A stretch of DNA of 64,000 nt from an uncultured Chloroflexia bacterium (GCA_963765765.1 CAVXYC010000020.1:829363-893362), one strand, 5' to 3'. Positions 29,269-40,740 are shown, counted from the stretch's first letter. Made by a program: numbers and translations. The notes: generated from the sequence alone by a model not told the origin.

Positions 29269-30171
29269 TCAGTCCGCGTTCAGCGCCTTCACCGCCTCGA
29301 CCACGGCGGAGAAATCCTTGCGGTCCACGCCTTTGGCGCATGCTGACGCGTAGTACTGGGCAGCGATTGACGCGAGGAGTGATGGGGCACCGACTGAACG
29401 GGCGAGACCGATGCCCAGATCCATGTCCTTGAGCATGAGCATCGTCATGAAGCCGGGAGCGTAATCGTCGTCAGCGGGTACCCCGGCGGGGTTCACGCCT
29501 GACACGGGCAATCGATTCCGAAACGCCCAGGAATCGCCGCTTGACTTAGATATCACGTCGAACATAGCTCGCGGATCGAGTCCCGCGCGCTGGGCGATGT
29601 TCACCGCTTCCGCCGTGGCGGCTACCCCAATGCCCGCAAGCATATTGTTAACCAGCTTGACCGTTTCGCCGGTTCCCAGCGGGCCCACATGGATGACGTT
29701 GCTGCCCATAGCCTGAAGCACCGGACGACATCGCTCAAAGACATCGGCATCGCCACCAGCCATCATCGTGAGGGTGCCATCGATCGCACCGACTGATGAC
29801 CCGCTGACCGGCGCATCGATCATCTTGATTCCACGCGCGGTCGCCTGGTCGCCGATCTTCTTGGTCACAACGGGGTCGATGGTGCTCATCTCGATGAAGA
29901 TCTTCCCCGCCTGAAGCCCGGCGAATACGCCCTCGGCGCCGAGCACCGCGGCCTCTTCGTGAGGCGAGTTCGGTAGCATCGTGATCGCGATGTCGGCCGA
30001 TTTTGCGGCCTCGGCCGCCGTTGTGGCTCGCTCTGCACCGTACTCAACAGCCTGGTCCAACGCCGATTCATTGAGATCGAACGCAGTAACCGGAAAACCC
30101 TTATTCACCAGATTGCGTGCCATAGGACCGCCCATTGTCCCGACGCCAATGAATGCGATTCGATCGGCCAT
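29269..30171 (-). CDS. Beta-hydroxyacid dehydrogenase (3-hydroxyisobutyrate dehydrogenase-like)
   Basis: FIGVGTMGGPMA, DAPVSG, VKLVNN, LMLKD. Confidence 0.85.
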   Translation of the reverse strand: MADRIAFIGVGTMGGPMARNLVNKGFPVTAFDLNESALDQAVEYGAERATTAAEAAKSADIAITMLPNSPHEEAAVLGAEGVFAGLQAGKIFIEMSTIDPVVTKKIGDQATARGIKMIDAPVSGSSVGAIDGTLTMMAGGDADVFERCRPVLQAMGSNVIHVGPLGTGETVKLVNNMLAGIGVAATAEAVNIAQRAGLDPRAMFDVISKSSGDSWAFRNRLPVSGVNPAGVPADDDYAPGFMTMLMLKDMDLGIGLARSVGAPSLLASIAAQYYASACAKGVDRKDFSAVVEAVKALNAD

Positions 30172-30207
30172 CTTTGCCTCTCAGTTACTTCGCTGTTGTT
30201 TGCATCG

Positions 30208-31989
30208 CTAGTCTTTACGGACGATCAGACTGTCCAGTACTAACAAATCAAGCCCGCTGTTGGTAAATGTGTTCAACGCGTTCTCAGGGGTTGTGACAAT
30301 CGGCTCGCCCCGCAGATTGAACGACGTATTGAGAACGACCGGCACGCCCGTCGCCTCGCCAAAGCGGCTAATGAGGCCGTGGTAACGTGGATTCGTGTCC
30401 TCGTAGACCATCTGCAGCCTACCGGTGCCCATGTGAGACACGGCCGGAATCAATTCCTGCTGCGATGGATCCACCGGCAGCACCGCCAGCATGAATCGGC
30501 CCGGGTGGAAGGATTGTCCCCCTGGCACCTTGAAATAGCGCTCCGTTGCCTCAGCCTGGATACTCGGGGCGAACGGACGGAAGGGCTCGCGGAACTTGAT
30601 CTTGGTGTTCACGACATCTTTCATCTCGTTCCGACGTGGGTCAGCGATGATGCTCCGATTGCCCAATGCCCGTGGGCCCCACTCGAATCGTCCCTGAGAC
30701 CAGCCGATCACCTTGCCCTGGGCGAGCTGATCCGCCACGAGGTCTAGCAGCTTGTCGTCGTTTTCGAAGATCTCGTAACTGAGGCCCAGCGCTTCAACGG
30801 CACGTTTGGCCTGCCCCTGGTCAAACTCTTTTCCCCAGTACGCATGGTTCATGACGAATGAGCGTGGCTTCTGAAGAATGGCGTGGTAGGCGTACAGCGC
30901 GGCGCCAACGGCTCCGCCCGAGTCACCCGCGGCCGGCTGAATATAGATCTCCTCAAACGGAGTCTCGTTCAGAATGCGGCCATTGGCAACGCTGTTGTAG
31001 GCCACGCCGCCAGCGAAGGCGAGCTTCTTAGAGCCTGTTCGTTCATGGAGCGCCTTGGCCATCGTCACAATGGTCTGCTCCGTAAACGTCTGAACGCTGG
31101 CTGCAACGTCCGCGTAGTACTCATTCTGCTTAACGAGCTCATCGGAGACGCCCGGAAGAATTCCCGTTGAGCGCGTGCAGAAATCGTCATTGGGCTTACG
31201 CGGCTCCCCCCAGAGATCGGCAAACTTACCGCTAAATGTCTCTGACATGGAGTGGTGAAAGCTGAAGTAGTCCATGTTCATCCAGAAGCTGCCGTCGTCA
31301 CCGACCTCGATCAGCTTCCGAATTCTGTCAATGTACTTCGGCTCACCATAGGGAGCCATGCCCATGACCTTGTATTCGCCGTCGTTGACCTCGAATCCCA
31401 GGAACGCGGTGAAGGCAGAGTAGAACAAGCCAAGCGAGTGCGGAAAGCGACTTTCGCTGAAGAGCTGGATCTCGTTACGTCGAGCCCCATCGCCCCAGTC
31501 AGCCTTGCCCATGCCCAGGGTCGCGGTGGTCCACTCGCCAACACCGTCCACCGTCATGACCGCGGACTCTTCAAACGGCGAGCAAAAGAACGCGCTGGCG
31601 GCGTGGGAGAGATGATGCTCCACGAAGAGGATGCGATCGCGCGGGATCTTCGTCTTTCCGCGAATGATGTCCTTGATCCAGAGCTTTTCACTGAACCACG
31701 TGATCATCGCCTCGCGAAACGCGGTGAGCGATTTTGGAAATGTAGACACGAGCGTCGTCATGATGCGCTCGAATTTGGGAAGCGTCTTCTCATAGAAGAC
31801 GACGTAGTCCACGTCGTCGGGACCAATCCCCGCCTGCTCGAGGCAGAATTGAACCGAGAGCTCGGGGAAGCCACTGTCATGCTTACGCCGTGAGAAACGC
31901 TCTTCCTCGGCGGCGGCCAGCAGCACGCCGTCCTTGATGATTGCGGCGGCTGAATCGTGATAGAAGCAAGATATTCCGAGGATGAACAT
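30208..31989 (-). CDS. Carbamoyltransferase (NodU/CmcH family)
   Basis: FYHDSAA, EEERFSRRKH, EHHLSHAAS, DGVGEW, EYKVMGMAPYG, GPRALGNRS, KFREPFRPFAP, LNTSFN. Confidence 0.92.
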   Translation of the reverse strand: MFILGISCFYHDSAAAIIKDGVLLAAAEEERFSRRKHDSGFPELSVQFCLEQAGIGPDDVDYVVFYEKTLPKFERIMTTLVSTFPKSLTAFREAMITWFSEKLWIKDIIRGKTKIPRDRILFVEHHLSHAASAFFCSPFEESAVMTVDGVGEWTTATLGMGKADWGDGARRNEIQLFSESRFPHSLGLFYSAFTAFLGFEVNDGEYKVMGMAPYGEPKYIDRIRKLIEVGDDGSFWMNMDYFSFHHSMSETFSGKFADLWGEPRKPNDDFCTRSTGILPGVSDELVKQNEYYADVAASVQTFTEQTIVTMAKALHERTGSKKLAFAGGVAYNSVANGRILNETPFEEIYIQPAAGDSGGAVGAALYAYHAILQKPRSFVMNHAYWGKEFDQGQAKRAVEALGLSYEIFENDDKLLDLVADQLAQGKVIGWSQGRFEWGPRALGNRSIIADPRRNEMKDVVNTKIKFREPFRPFAPSIQAEATERYFKVPGGQSFHPGRFMLAVLPVDPSQQELIPAVSHMGTGRLQMVYEDTNPRYHGLISRFGEATGVPVVLNTSFNLRGEPIVTTPENALNTFTNSGLDLLVLDSLIVRKD

Positions 31990-32348
31990 TAGGATTGCCT
32001 CCTGGCGCCTTCAAGCGTAAGGTCTCGCGTCTCACGCTTTAGCCAATAAGAGGCTTGCTGGTGGGGGCGCAGTTTCAGAGGGTCTGTCCGCCATCGAAGT
32101 GTGAGTCCAATCGGCCCAACGAAAAGGACATAGAGGACGGTAAGGAGGACACGCGCCTGAAAGTTGCCCAACGCGTGAATGAAGGCTAGCCAGTTTGCCC
32201 AGGCAATCTTGAGAATCTGAATGGTGGTGCTCCGGCCGCGGCGCGCTCGAAAAAATGGGTGCCAGCGTACGCGAGCGGTAGTATACCTAGCCGAGACCAA
32301 TTCCGTCCTGCGATTGGTGTCGCATGGGGACGGCCGCGTTCCAGACAT
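31989..32348 (-). CDS. Small membrane protein (SxtJ-like C-terminal part, usual carbamoyltransferase companion); start uncertain
   Basis: W..FIHALGNFQARVLLTVLYVLFVGPIGL..DPL..SYW; stop overlaps the carbamoyltransferase start. Confidence 0.6.
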   Translation of the reverse strand: MSGTRPSPCDTNRRTELVSARYTTARVRWHPFFRARRGRSTTIQILKIAWANWLAFIHALGNFQARVLLTVLYVLFVGPIGLTLRWRTDPLKLRPHQQASYWLKRETRDLTLEGARRQS

Positions 32349-32365
32349 CGGACGCGATGCTCGAT

Positions 32366-33640
32366 CTAAGGGCGAACGATCACCCGTACGGCTTCAGACG
32401 GGTCGAGATATTCACGGGCCGAATCCTGAATCTCGTCAAGCGTCACGGTCTGAATCCGCTGCACATAGGTATCCAGACTCTGCGGCACGCCGAGAAGCTC
32501 ATGGCCGGAAAGTCGCCGGGCCTGGGAGAGATTGCGCTCTTCGCTGAGATACGTGCGCCCCTCGATAAACCCAGTGGCCAGCTTGAGCTCCGCATGGGAC
32601 ACACCATGCATGCGCAGCCGCTCTATCTCTGTTTCGATCACGTCCACCGCTTCCTCGCAGCGAGCCGAATCCACTCCCGTGCCAATGGAGAGCACGCCTA
32701 TGTCCGACAACGCGCCGAACTGAGCCGACACCGTGTAAGTCAGGGCGCGCTCCTCTCTAAGGACTCTGCGAAGCCGCCTCCCAGCGCGTCCTAAGATCGC
32801 CGCGGTAACGGTGAGTGGATAACGCTCGTTGGAATTGAGGCCGGGTGCTGTGAAGCCCATGACGATCTGGGTCGTGGTCCGCCCGGCAGTGAGCTCGCGT
32901 CGCGCTCCACTCGACCTCGGGGGACTGACCGAATCACGCATCGATCCGCCGGAAGGAATACCTCCAAGCGCTTCCTGAGCCCGAGCCACAACCTCCTGGT
33001 GGTCCAGCCGGCCCACGACGGCGAGCACCATATTCCCCGAGCGAAACTGATCGCGGCGATACTGCCATAACGCATCCAACGTTATGGACCGCACATTCTC
33101 CGGCGTACCGCCGGGTGAGTGGCGGGCCGGATGATCCCCCAGAACGAGATCGTTGAACGTATCCCTGGCAAGCTGTCCGGCATCGTTGGCACGGCGACGC
33201 AACTCCTCGATGACCACGCCGCGGACTTTTTCAAGCCGCGTCTCGTCAAATCTGGCATTCACGAGCACGTCGCCAACCTGCTCGATTGCCACGGGAAGCG
33301 CCGTCGCCGGCGCGTCGACGAAGAAGCCGATCATCTCGCGCTCGGTCGCGGCGTTGAACGATCCGCCACGGGCTACGATGGGCTCAACCAGATCGTCTGT
33401 CGTTCGACAACGGTCAGTGCCCTGGAAGAACAAGTGCTCCATCACGTGGGCGGCGCCCGCCGTGCCGGCATCTTCGTCCCGAGAGCCCGCCAGCACGGCG
33501 AGATTGAGCGCCACGGCCTTTGTCTCCCGCCGAGATCGAGTAATGACCCGGAGACCGTTTTCGAGCCTGGAGATGAGCGTTCCGGGCTCCGCGCCGTACG
33601 GGCGCGGGCTGCGCTCATTCTCCGCTCGCGTGGCGGTCAC
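32366..33640 (-). CDS. M16 family zinc peptidase (active-type, no obvious signal peptide)
   Basis: AGSRDE, HVMEH inverzincin motif, FNAAT, VVIEEL. Confidence 0.88.
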   Translation of the reverse strand: MTATRAENERSPRPYGAEPGTLISRLENGLRVITRSRRETKAVALNLAVLAGSRDEDAGTAGAAHVMEHLFFQGTDRCRTTDDLVEPIVARGGSFNAATEREMIGFFVDAPATALPVAIEQVGDVLVNARFDETRLEKVRGVVIEELRRRANDAGQLARDTFNDLVLGDHPARHSPGGTPENVRSITLDALWQYRRDQFRSGNMVLAVVGRLDHQEVVARAQEALGGIPSGGSMRDSVSPPRSSGARRELTAGRTTTQIVMGFTAPGLNSNERYPLTVTAAILGRAGRRLRRVLREERALTYTVSAQFGALSDIGVLSIGTGVDSARCEEAVDVIETEIERLRMHGVSHAELKLATGFIEGRTYLSEERNLSQARRLSGHELLGVPQSLDTYVQRIQTVTLDEIQDSAREYLDPSEAVRVIVRP

Positions 33641-34980
33641 GGCGTCCCGGGCAGCGTCACGATGAGGGCGTTCGAGGGATTGAGATATTGCGCGGCAACT
33701 CGTTGGACGTCAGCCGCGGTCACTGACTGAATGTGAGCAACGTACTCATCAATGGGCATGTAATTACCAAGCGCCAGACCATCGGACAGCTCCTGAGCGA
33801 GCCCAGAGACCGATTCTTGTCGAAGCTCGAGCGAGCCGGCAATCGATAACTTGGCGTCCTGCAGCTCATCATCTGACAACGGCTCTGTGGCAAGCCGGCC
33901 CAGATGAGTAGCGATACGATCCAACACAGCCTCCACTGAGACCGGCGCTGTGGATGCATCGATCTCAAAGATGCCCATGTCTGTGTACTCTGGGTACGAG
34001 CTGGAGATACTGGTCGCGAGCCCCTCATTGTCAACGATATCAGTGAACAGTCGCTGCCCTACTCCGCTGAGCACGGTATCCGCAACCTCGATCGCATAGC
34101 GATCCGGACTATCCGCTCCGGGAACCGCGAACCCGTAGCTGACCTGCACCTGTCGTGCTGAGTAAGGTACGCCGATGCGACGTGGATTTGCGGGTGGCGG
34201 CGGAATAGCTGGAATCTCCGGTCGCGGTCCCTGGCGCATACCAGCAAACGCAGCCGCGATTCTGGCAAAGGCACTGTCATGATCGATGTTGCCGGCCACG
34301 GCGACCACCATGTTGCTGGTGACGAAGTACGTATCCCTGTAAGCGAGAATTACCTCTCGCGTCACGTTGTTGATGGTTGCACGACTGCCGATCGGCTGCT
34401 TCTCGAGAGGGTGGCCCTGCGCAATTTCCTGTGCGAAGATCTCGCCCGCATACTGATAGGGGTTATCTCGCGATCGATTGAGCTCCTCGAGAACGACTTT
34501 GCGCTCCTTCTCGAATCTATCTTCGGGGAAATCGGAATTCACCATCATGTCCGCCATGATGTCGAGCCCGATATCGAAGGCGTGATCCGGGATCACGATC
34601 TGGAAATTAATGGACTCCGCACCCGTCCAGGCATTGCTATAACCCCCGAGGTTCTCCAGGTCGCGGTCCAGATCTCCGAGCACCGGTCGGCGTGGCGTGC
34701 CCTGAAAAAACATGTGCTCCATAAAGTGGGCGGACCCCAGCGTGACCTCATTCTCTACTCGCGAGCCACCGCGTATTCCCACGGTGATGGCCGCCAGGCG
34801 CGACGAGGGCCGCTCTCGAACCACCACCTGCAGGCCGTTGGGGAGCGTCGTTGAGTAGACGTCAGGCTCTGTGCCGAGCTCTGCGTGGACTCCAGAGGTC
34901 GACGTCATGAGGTACGCTCCGGCAAGGAGCGCGGCCACCAGTCCGCGTCGATAGACATGAATGAGATCCTTCCTGATCAT
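33637..34980 (-). CDS. M16 family zinc peptidase (active-type, signal peptide)
   Basis: Signal peptide ending VHA; HFMEH; SNAWT; ERKVVLEEL. Confidence 0.88.
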   Translation of the reverse strand: MIRKDLIHVYRRGLVAALLAGAYLMTSTSGVHAELGTEPDVYSTTLPNGLQVVVRERPSSRLAAITVGIRGGSRVENEVTLGSAHFMEHMFFQGTPRRPVLGDLDRDLENLGGYSNAWTGAESINFQIVIPDHAFDIGLDIMADMMVNSDFPEDRFEKERKVVLEELNRSRDNPYQYAGEIFAQEIAQGHPLEKQPIGSRATINNVTREVILAYRDTYFVTSNMVVAVAGNIDHDSAFARIAAAFAGMRQGPRPEIPAIPPPPANPRRIGVPYSARQVQVSYGFAVPGADSPDRYAIEVADTVLSGVGQRLFTDIVDNEGLATSISSSYPEYTDMGIFEIDASTAPVSVEAVLDRIATHLGRLATEPLSDDELQDAKLSIAGSLELRQESVSGLAQELSDGLALGNYMPIDEYVAHIQSVTAADVQRVAAQYLNPSNALIVTLPGTP

Positions 34981-36318
34981 GGTTGGGTCACGAGTCTGAG
35001 CAGCCTGTTGCTTCGTAAATACGCATCGGCCACGCGCTGAACGTCAGCGGCCGTCACGCTTTGAAGGCGGGCTTCCCACTCTTCGACCGGTTGCTCTGCT
35101 CCCACGACCCAGAGTGAAGCCAGATCCGACGCCCGCGAGAGGGCGGACTCGCTATCGATAAGCCGGGTACCGATAGCTTGACCGATCGCACGCTTAAGCT
35201 CAGCATCGCTAAGCGGCTCGTCCGCCAGCTTCTGAAGCTGCTCTTCCAGCAGTCCGGCAACCTTCTCTGCATTTGCGGGCTCCGTTCCAGCCTGAGCCAC
35301 GAGAGTGCCCGAATCAGAAGCCGCCCGGGACGATGCCGATGTCGTGTAGGCGAGTCCCTGCAGGTCGCGAATCTCATGCATCAACCGACCAGTAAATCCG
35401 TTGAGCGCGGAGGCAAGCACGGTCAGAGCCGGCCTGTCGGGATGACTTGCGCCCGGAATTCCCGTTCCCACTAAAACGACCGACTGATCGGCACCTGCGA
35501 CGATCGCATTCTGGCCCGTTGCGCTTCGCATGAAATCAGTCGGCTCAGGCGCCCTGTCGGAAACCTGTTGGAATTCGCCCCAAAAGGCTCCAATTCGGCG
35601 TTGCACTTCCGCGTGCGGAAACGGACTTACAACGGCTATTGCGGAGCGATTGGAGCCAACGAACGTTGCGCGGTATTCGTTGAGCGCTTCGATGGTTAGC
35701 GCATTGAGGCCGTCAATGGTTCCGGCGGGAACATGCCCCATACTTTGGCCAGCATAAATGGTGCGCTGAAACGTGTATCCAGCGAGCGACGGTGGCTGAT
35801 CCTCGAGCTCCACCAGCTCCTGGACCGCGAGATCGCGCTCTTTTTCAAACTTAAGCTCATCGAACTGAGAGTGCAAAAGGGCATCGCTCATAATGTCGAG
35901 CACCACATCGAGATCAGCAACTCGCACCGACGACTGGAAGAGCACCGACTCATATCCCGCGGACACGCCGAGGCTTCCGCCAAGCCGGGTGACGGGCTTC
36001 AATAGCTCGTCTCGAGACGGTCGACTATCGGTTCCCTGGAGATACATACGCTCCAACATCCTGGCAGCGCTATCGGTGGTGTCGTCTTCGTAGCGGCTTC
36101 CTGCCCGCACCACCATAGCCACACCGACCACTCGGCTCTCCGGCCGCTGTTCGGTGATGAGAGTAAGCCCGTTAGGGAGTACAGACGATTCGACGGCTGA
36201 CTCAGCCATAACCACTGGCGTCTTCAGGGCGGGAAGTGCCAGTGCATAGACCAAACGCCGCGACCAGGCAAACAGCCTGGATACCGCGAGCGTGGAACGA
36301 CAGCATGGGGTTGAACAT
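34977..36318 (-). CDS. M16 family peptidase-like subunit, catalytically inactive; signal peptide probably split by a frameshift near 36255
   Basis: AGSRYE, but HxxEH replaced by RMLER; upstream frame MFNPMLSFHARGIQAVCLVAA joins VYALALPAL as a signal peptide. Confidence 0.8.
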
Positions 36319-36466
36319 ACACGGGGTCACCAATTGTTGAATTCAAGACTCGCGACACTTTAGCCCCGGCACCGGTGATCGGCAAGAACACACACGGCGT
36401 GCGAACGCGGATTCTCATGCCGAGGCGGCCGGGGCAGAGAGACGCCCCGGCTGCGAGGAAGGTCGC

Positions 36467-37820
36467 ATGGACGCGGAGAACCTTCCCGAGACGATTGTCG
36501 CACCGCTCGCCGCCTGTGCCCACCGCTTGGCGGCTTGGGCGCGCGCCCACCGCGATGCCTCTCTGACGGATCTCGAGAGCCAGGTCCAGACCGAGCTGCG
36601 CACCGTGGCCCCGACGCTGGTCGCCGGGATGATCGCGGCTACCCAGCGCAGTCTGGATCCCGGGCTCCAGCGCGACCGGTGCCGCTGTCCGGAGTGCGGC
36701 ACGACCGCGCCCACGCACAGCTGGCGTTCCCGCCAGGTGGTCACGGTCTGCGGCCCGGTCGCTGGTCGCGCCCGTGGGCGCACTGCCCGACCTGCCGCCA
36801 CGGCTGGAGCCCGACTGACCGCACGCTGGGCCTCGCGCCGCACCAGCGCCTGAGCGGCCCGCTGCGCGCCTGGCTGGTCCGGGAGGGGGGCGCCACGGCG
36901 TTTGCCGAGGCCGCTGACCTGCTCGAGGACCTGACCGGCCTGGCTGTGAGTCCCGAGACGGTGCGCACCCAGACCGAGGCCGCCGGGGCCGCGCTCGATC
37001 AGGCTCAGCAGGCCGACCGCGCCACCGTCGAACGGACGCGGGCTCCTGCCGGGACTGTGGACGCCGCCCCGCACCAGCTGGTCGCTGAAACCGACGGCGT
37101 GCTGGTGCGCTTCAACGATGGCTGGCACGAAGTCAAACTCGGCGTGGTCGGCGGCTGGGATCCGGCTGCGCCCCCGGAACGGCAGCGCCTGGAGGCCCCG
37201 AGTTACGTGGCGGCCCGCGAGCCGGTGGGGCTGTTCGCCGGGCGCTGGGGCGCCGAAGTGGCGCGGCGGGGCGGCCTGGACATCCTCGGCGTCGATGGCC
37301 CGGCCACCGGGCTCGGGTTGGCGAGGTTGCGGGCGGTTGTCGTGCTCGGCGACGGCGCGCGCTGGATCTGGACGGCGGCTGCGGAGCAGTTCGGCGAGCG
37401 TCTGGAGATCGTCGATTGGTACCACGCCAGCGAGCATGTCTGGACCGTGGCCCGGGCGGTCTTCGGCGCGGGCACCGCCGCGGCCGAGGACTGGGTCGCG
37501 GTGAGCCTCGCCGGGCTGTGGAGCGCCGGGGCTGCAACGGTGCTGGCGCGCCTGCGGGAGCTCGTGCCGCCGACGGACGAGGCGCGCTGGGTGGTGGCCA
37601 CGGAGCGCGGGTACTTCCAGAGCAATCGCCAGCGGATGCGGTATCCGGAGTTTCGAGCTCAGGGGCTGCCCATCGGGTCGGGCGCGGTGGAATCGGCCGC
37701 CAAACACCTCGTCCAGCAGCGGATGCAACGGCCGGCTGTCGCTGGTCCAGCGCCGGAGGCCAATCGCTGGCCGTACTCCGGGCCCACCACGCCACGCTCC
37801 ATGCCCGGGCCCCTAACTAG
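36467..37820 (+). mobile_element. ISKra4-family (UPF0236-like) DDE transposase; frameshifts near 36757 and 37730
   Basis: CPECG and CPTC Zn motifs, ETDG, LGDGARWIW, DWYHASEH, IGSGAVESAAK, GCRWS; visibly higher GC than flanks; element ends not resolved. Confidence 0.88.
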
Positions 37821-37968
37821 TCTTTGCACAACGACGGTCCTAGCCGCTCTCGAGCGAGGCTGGAAGCCGACATCAGTGGTAAGAACGATTCGAAGACCGC
37901 CGCATTCAAGAATAATTAACTTGCTAAGCTAGCCGTATCCGCCTAGCATTCAGCCACGGAGGCGTACT

Positions 37969-38541
37969 ATGCCGATCACGCTGAATCACACGATCGTTCC
38001 GTCGAATGACAAGGTCGCTGCAGCCGAGTTCATTTCCCGCATTCTCGGCCTCCCCTATGAGGGTCTCCACGGCCACTTTGCACCGGTGCGAATCAATGAC
38101 ACACTCACCCTGGACTTCGATGAACGCGGGGACTTCGAGCGCCATCATTACGCGTTTCACGTGGACGATGCGTTCTTTGACCAAGTGCTGGGCAGGATCA
38201 AGAGCGAGGGCATCGCGTTTGGCAGTCTTCCAAACGCAAAAGATGATGGTCAGCTGAACAACCGTCGAGGTGGACGGGGCTTTTATTTTTGCTGTGCCGA
38301 TGGGCATAGCTGGGAGCTTATGACGCGGGTTTATACGGATTCTGACGCAATAAACTCCTCGATAACATGCAACGCTGCTGACCGCCATGCTCGAACAATC
38401 AGCGGCTATCGTGCGCAAAGCGCCTTGAGTGCGGTGTGCGGAGAACCGCTTTGGATTAGATCGAGATCGTCGGCAGAGATGTCGCGAAAACAAAGTGGAT
38501 GCTCCAGCAGTCCGCTCCAAGGCGCTTTTGGCAGCCTCTGA
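37969..38541 (+). CDS. VOC/glyoxalase family protein (C-terminal extension may be artefactual)
   Basis: LNHTIV, HYAFHV, GGRGFYF..DGHSWELMT; GGAGG RBS. Confidence 0.8.
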   Translation: MPITLNHTIVPSNDKVAAAEFISRILGLPYEGLHGHFAPVRINDTLTLDFDERGDFERHHYAFHVDDAFFDQVLGRIKSEGIAFGSLPNAKDDGQLNNRRGGRGFYFCCADGHSWELMTRVYTDSDAINSSITCNAADRHARTISGYRAQSALSAVCGEPLWIRSRSSAEMSRKQSGCSSSPLQGAFGSL

Positions 38542-38543
38542 CA

Positions 38544-40131
38544 TTACGCTCGGCCGGTGACCTTCTCCAGTACGGACTTCGCCTCGCCATCAAGCTGATC
38601 TCCAGTCCAGACGACGTATTGATCGGGACGCACCAGAATGAGCTTCGCCTGGTATTTCGCCCGCCCGTCTTCCTGAGTATCGCGCACGACTTTGAGCGGT
38701 ACGTTCAGGGACCTGGCCGTGTCCTCGGCCCGCGCCACGTCGGCATCGTCAGCACCGAAGGCGAGCAGCGTGTAATCCTGACCCAGCTCTTCAAAGACAT
38801 TGCGGCCGGACGACAGCTCCTGTGGAGTTAGATAATGGCCGGCAACGGCGAGGAACGAGTGTTTGCCGTGGATGCTGCACACGCCGCCCGCGGGCCCCAT
38901 CACTACTGAAGAGCCTTCGTAGTGCGGCTCATATGCCTGCTGACGAGTGCCCGAGGTGATCTCGAGCTCCTTCCATGCTTTCTCAAACTCGGCGCGATTA
39001 TGCTCGGGGTTGTAGCGATCCAGAAACTCACGATCGGACTCGATGCCACCCGCGATCATTGCCTCCCCAGTCTCCACAAAGATCGGCCGGCGCTCCTCGC
39101 CATAAGAATCAAGCAGTGCATCGGAGCCCCAACCCTGGAGCGCCCCGGCCAGCTTCCATCCGAGGTTTGATACGTCTTCCAGTCCCGAGTTCAGCCCGAA
39201 CCCGCCATACGGAGGGTGACTGTGGGCCGCGTCGCCGGCGATGAAAATACGGCCATAGCGGTATTGATCGGCAACGGCGATCCGAAGATCCCAGAATCCC
39301 ACATGGTCGAATTCGGCGGGAAATTCGAATCCGGCGGCCTGCTTGAATCAGCCCGTGGAAATCGTAATTCTCCGTGGTGGTCCCTGGTGGAACGGGCGCG
39401 TGGAAGAACCAGCCTTCGCCCACGTCCACGCGACCGAAGAACTGCCAGTAGCCTTTGAGCTCGGGGCGAAGCACCCTGTAAGTGGTGCGCTCAGGAAAGC
39501 GCTTCAGCCCCTCGTGCAATGCCTTTGAGCGGAATACGGCCAGGACCATCTTCGTATCGTAGTCGGCCCCGCCGCGGTCAATGCCGAGTGATTCTCGAAC
39601 CGTGGAGCGCGCTCCATCGCATCCGACCACGTACTGGGCCTCCAGCACCTCACGCCCGCTGCCGTTGACCTCTGCAATTGTGACTTGTACCCCGCTGTCT
39701 GACTGCTCGATCGTCTCCGCGGACCAGCCGAACAAGCTCGTCACGCTGGGGAAATCTGCCATGCGCCTGCGCAGCACACCTTCCATCTGATACTGCGGGA
39801 GTCGATCGTTATCCTGAAAATAGAACGATCGAACCACCTCACGTCCGGGAGGCGCAAACCAGTATTCGCTCATTAGGTTGCCGTAAGCGGTGATGCCGCC
39901 GATTGGATACCCCGGTGGCATCACGCGTGATGCGCGCAGCTCGTCCACGATGCCCCAGAAATAGAAGTGCTCGAGCGTTCGCTGTGTGAGATTCTGGCCT
40001 TTGGGAATACGTTGTGGAGTCATGTGACGCTCTACCAGCACGCATGAGATTCCGCGCTGACCGAGCTCAACGGCGAGCCCAACACCCACCGGACCGCCAC
40101 CCACGATGATGACTTGATACTGTTGTGTCAT
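38544..40131 (-). CDS. FAD-dependent monooxygenase (phenol hydroxylase-like), frameshift near 39340
   Basis: IVGGGPVG, VGCDGARS, AGDAAH..PPYGGFGLNSG..NLGWKL, LVRPDQYV across two ORFs. Confidence 0.85.
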
Positions 40132-40710
40132 AGCGATCCTCTACCCCCGCGGGCCCGGAGTCCGTCCAGCTTGAGGATGGGGTGCCTCCGTGGCGCGTGC
40201 AAAGCTAGCCTGCGTGATTGCGCGATTGTATACCAGGATTTTCATGAAGCCCGACTGCCTTAGCGATTCTCTCTTAACGGGGATATCACGCCGACGACAA
40301 GCGGAACACCAAAATCCAAAGCACGTGCGTCAGCAACGAGAGACGTTTTTTCGGACCTTCTCACATGGGTGCTCGGCGTTATGCGTGAAGACTGGAGTTA
40401 GACCATCTCGGCCCCGGGTCAAATCCTGAGACCGATGCTGCACAGGCAGGCACGTTGATCAATCAATAAAGGAAGGCAAGGAGTCACTGCCGAGATATCG
40501 GCGCTACGGGAATGGCTTCACGCCTCGCCGCGAACGTCGTATTGGGTCGATGAAGTCAGTTATCGGCCCCTAGACTGATGCGGCCCGCTCGCGATTCGCC
40601 ATGAGTGCTAACAAAGGCTGAGCGGTTCAGTACCGGCGCTAGCTCCCATGAAAATCAAAACGCCGAGCGAAATGACTTGTGGACGTGCACCCTCGTACTT
40701 CGCTGACGTC

Positions 40711-40740
40711 AAAAGCCCGCGGTCTGGTGTGACCGCGGGC
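40711..40740 (-). terminator. Intrinsic terminator after the ferredoxin gene
   Basis: Minus strand GCCCGCGGTC-acacca-GACCGCGGGC-TTTT. Confidence 0.7.

Noticed and set aside
36415-37728. 437-aa minus-strand ORF
   Set aside because: Antisense shadow of the GC-rich transposase, with no motifs.
36341-37911. ATTCAAGA direct repeats (36341-36348 and 37904-37911) as the IS target-site duplication
   Set aside because: No terminal inverted repeats inside them, and an 8-bp match across these flanks can arise by chance.
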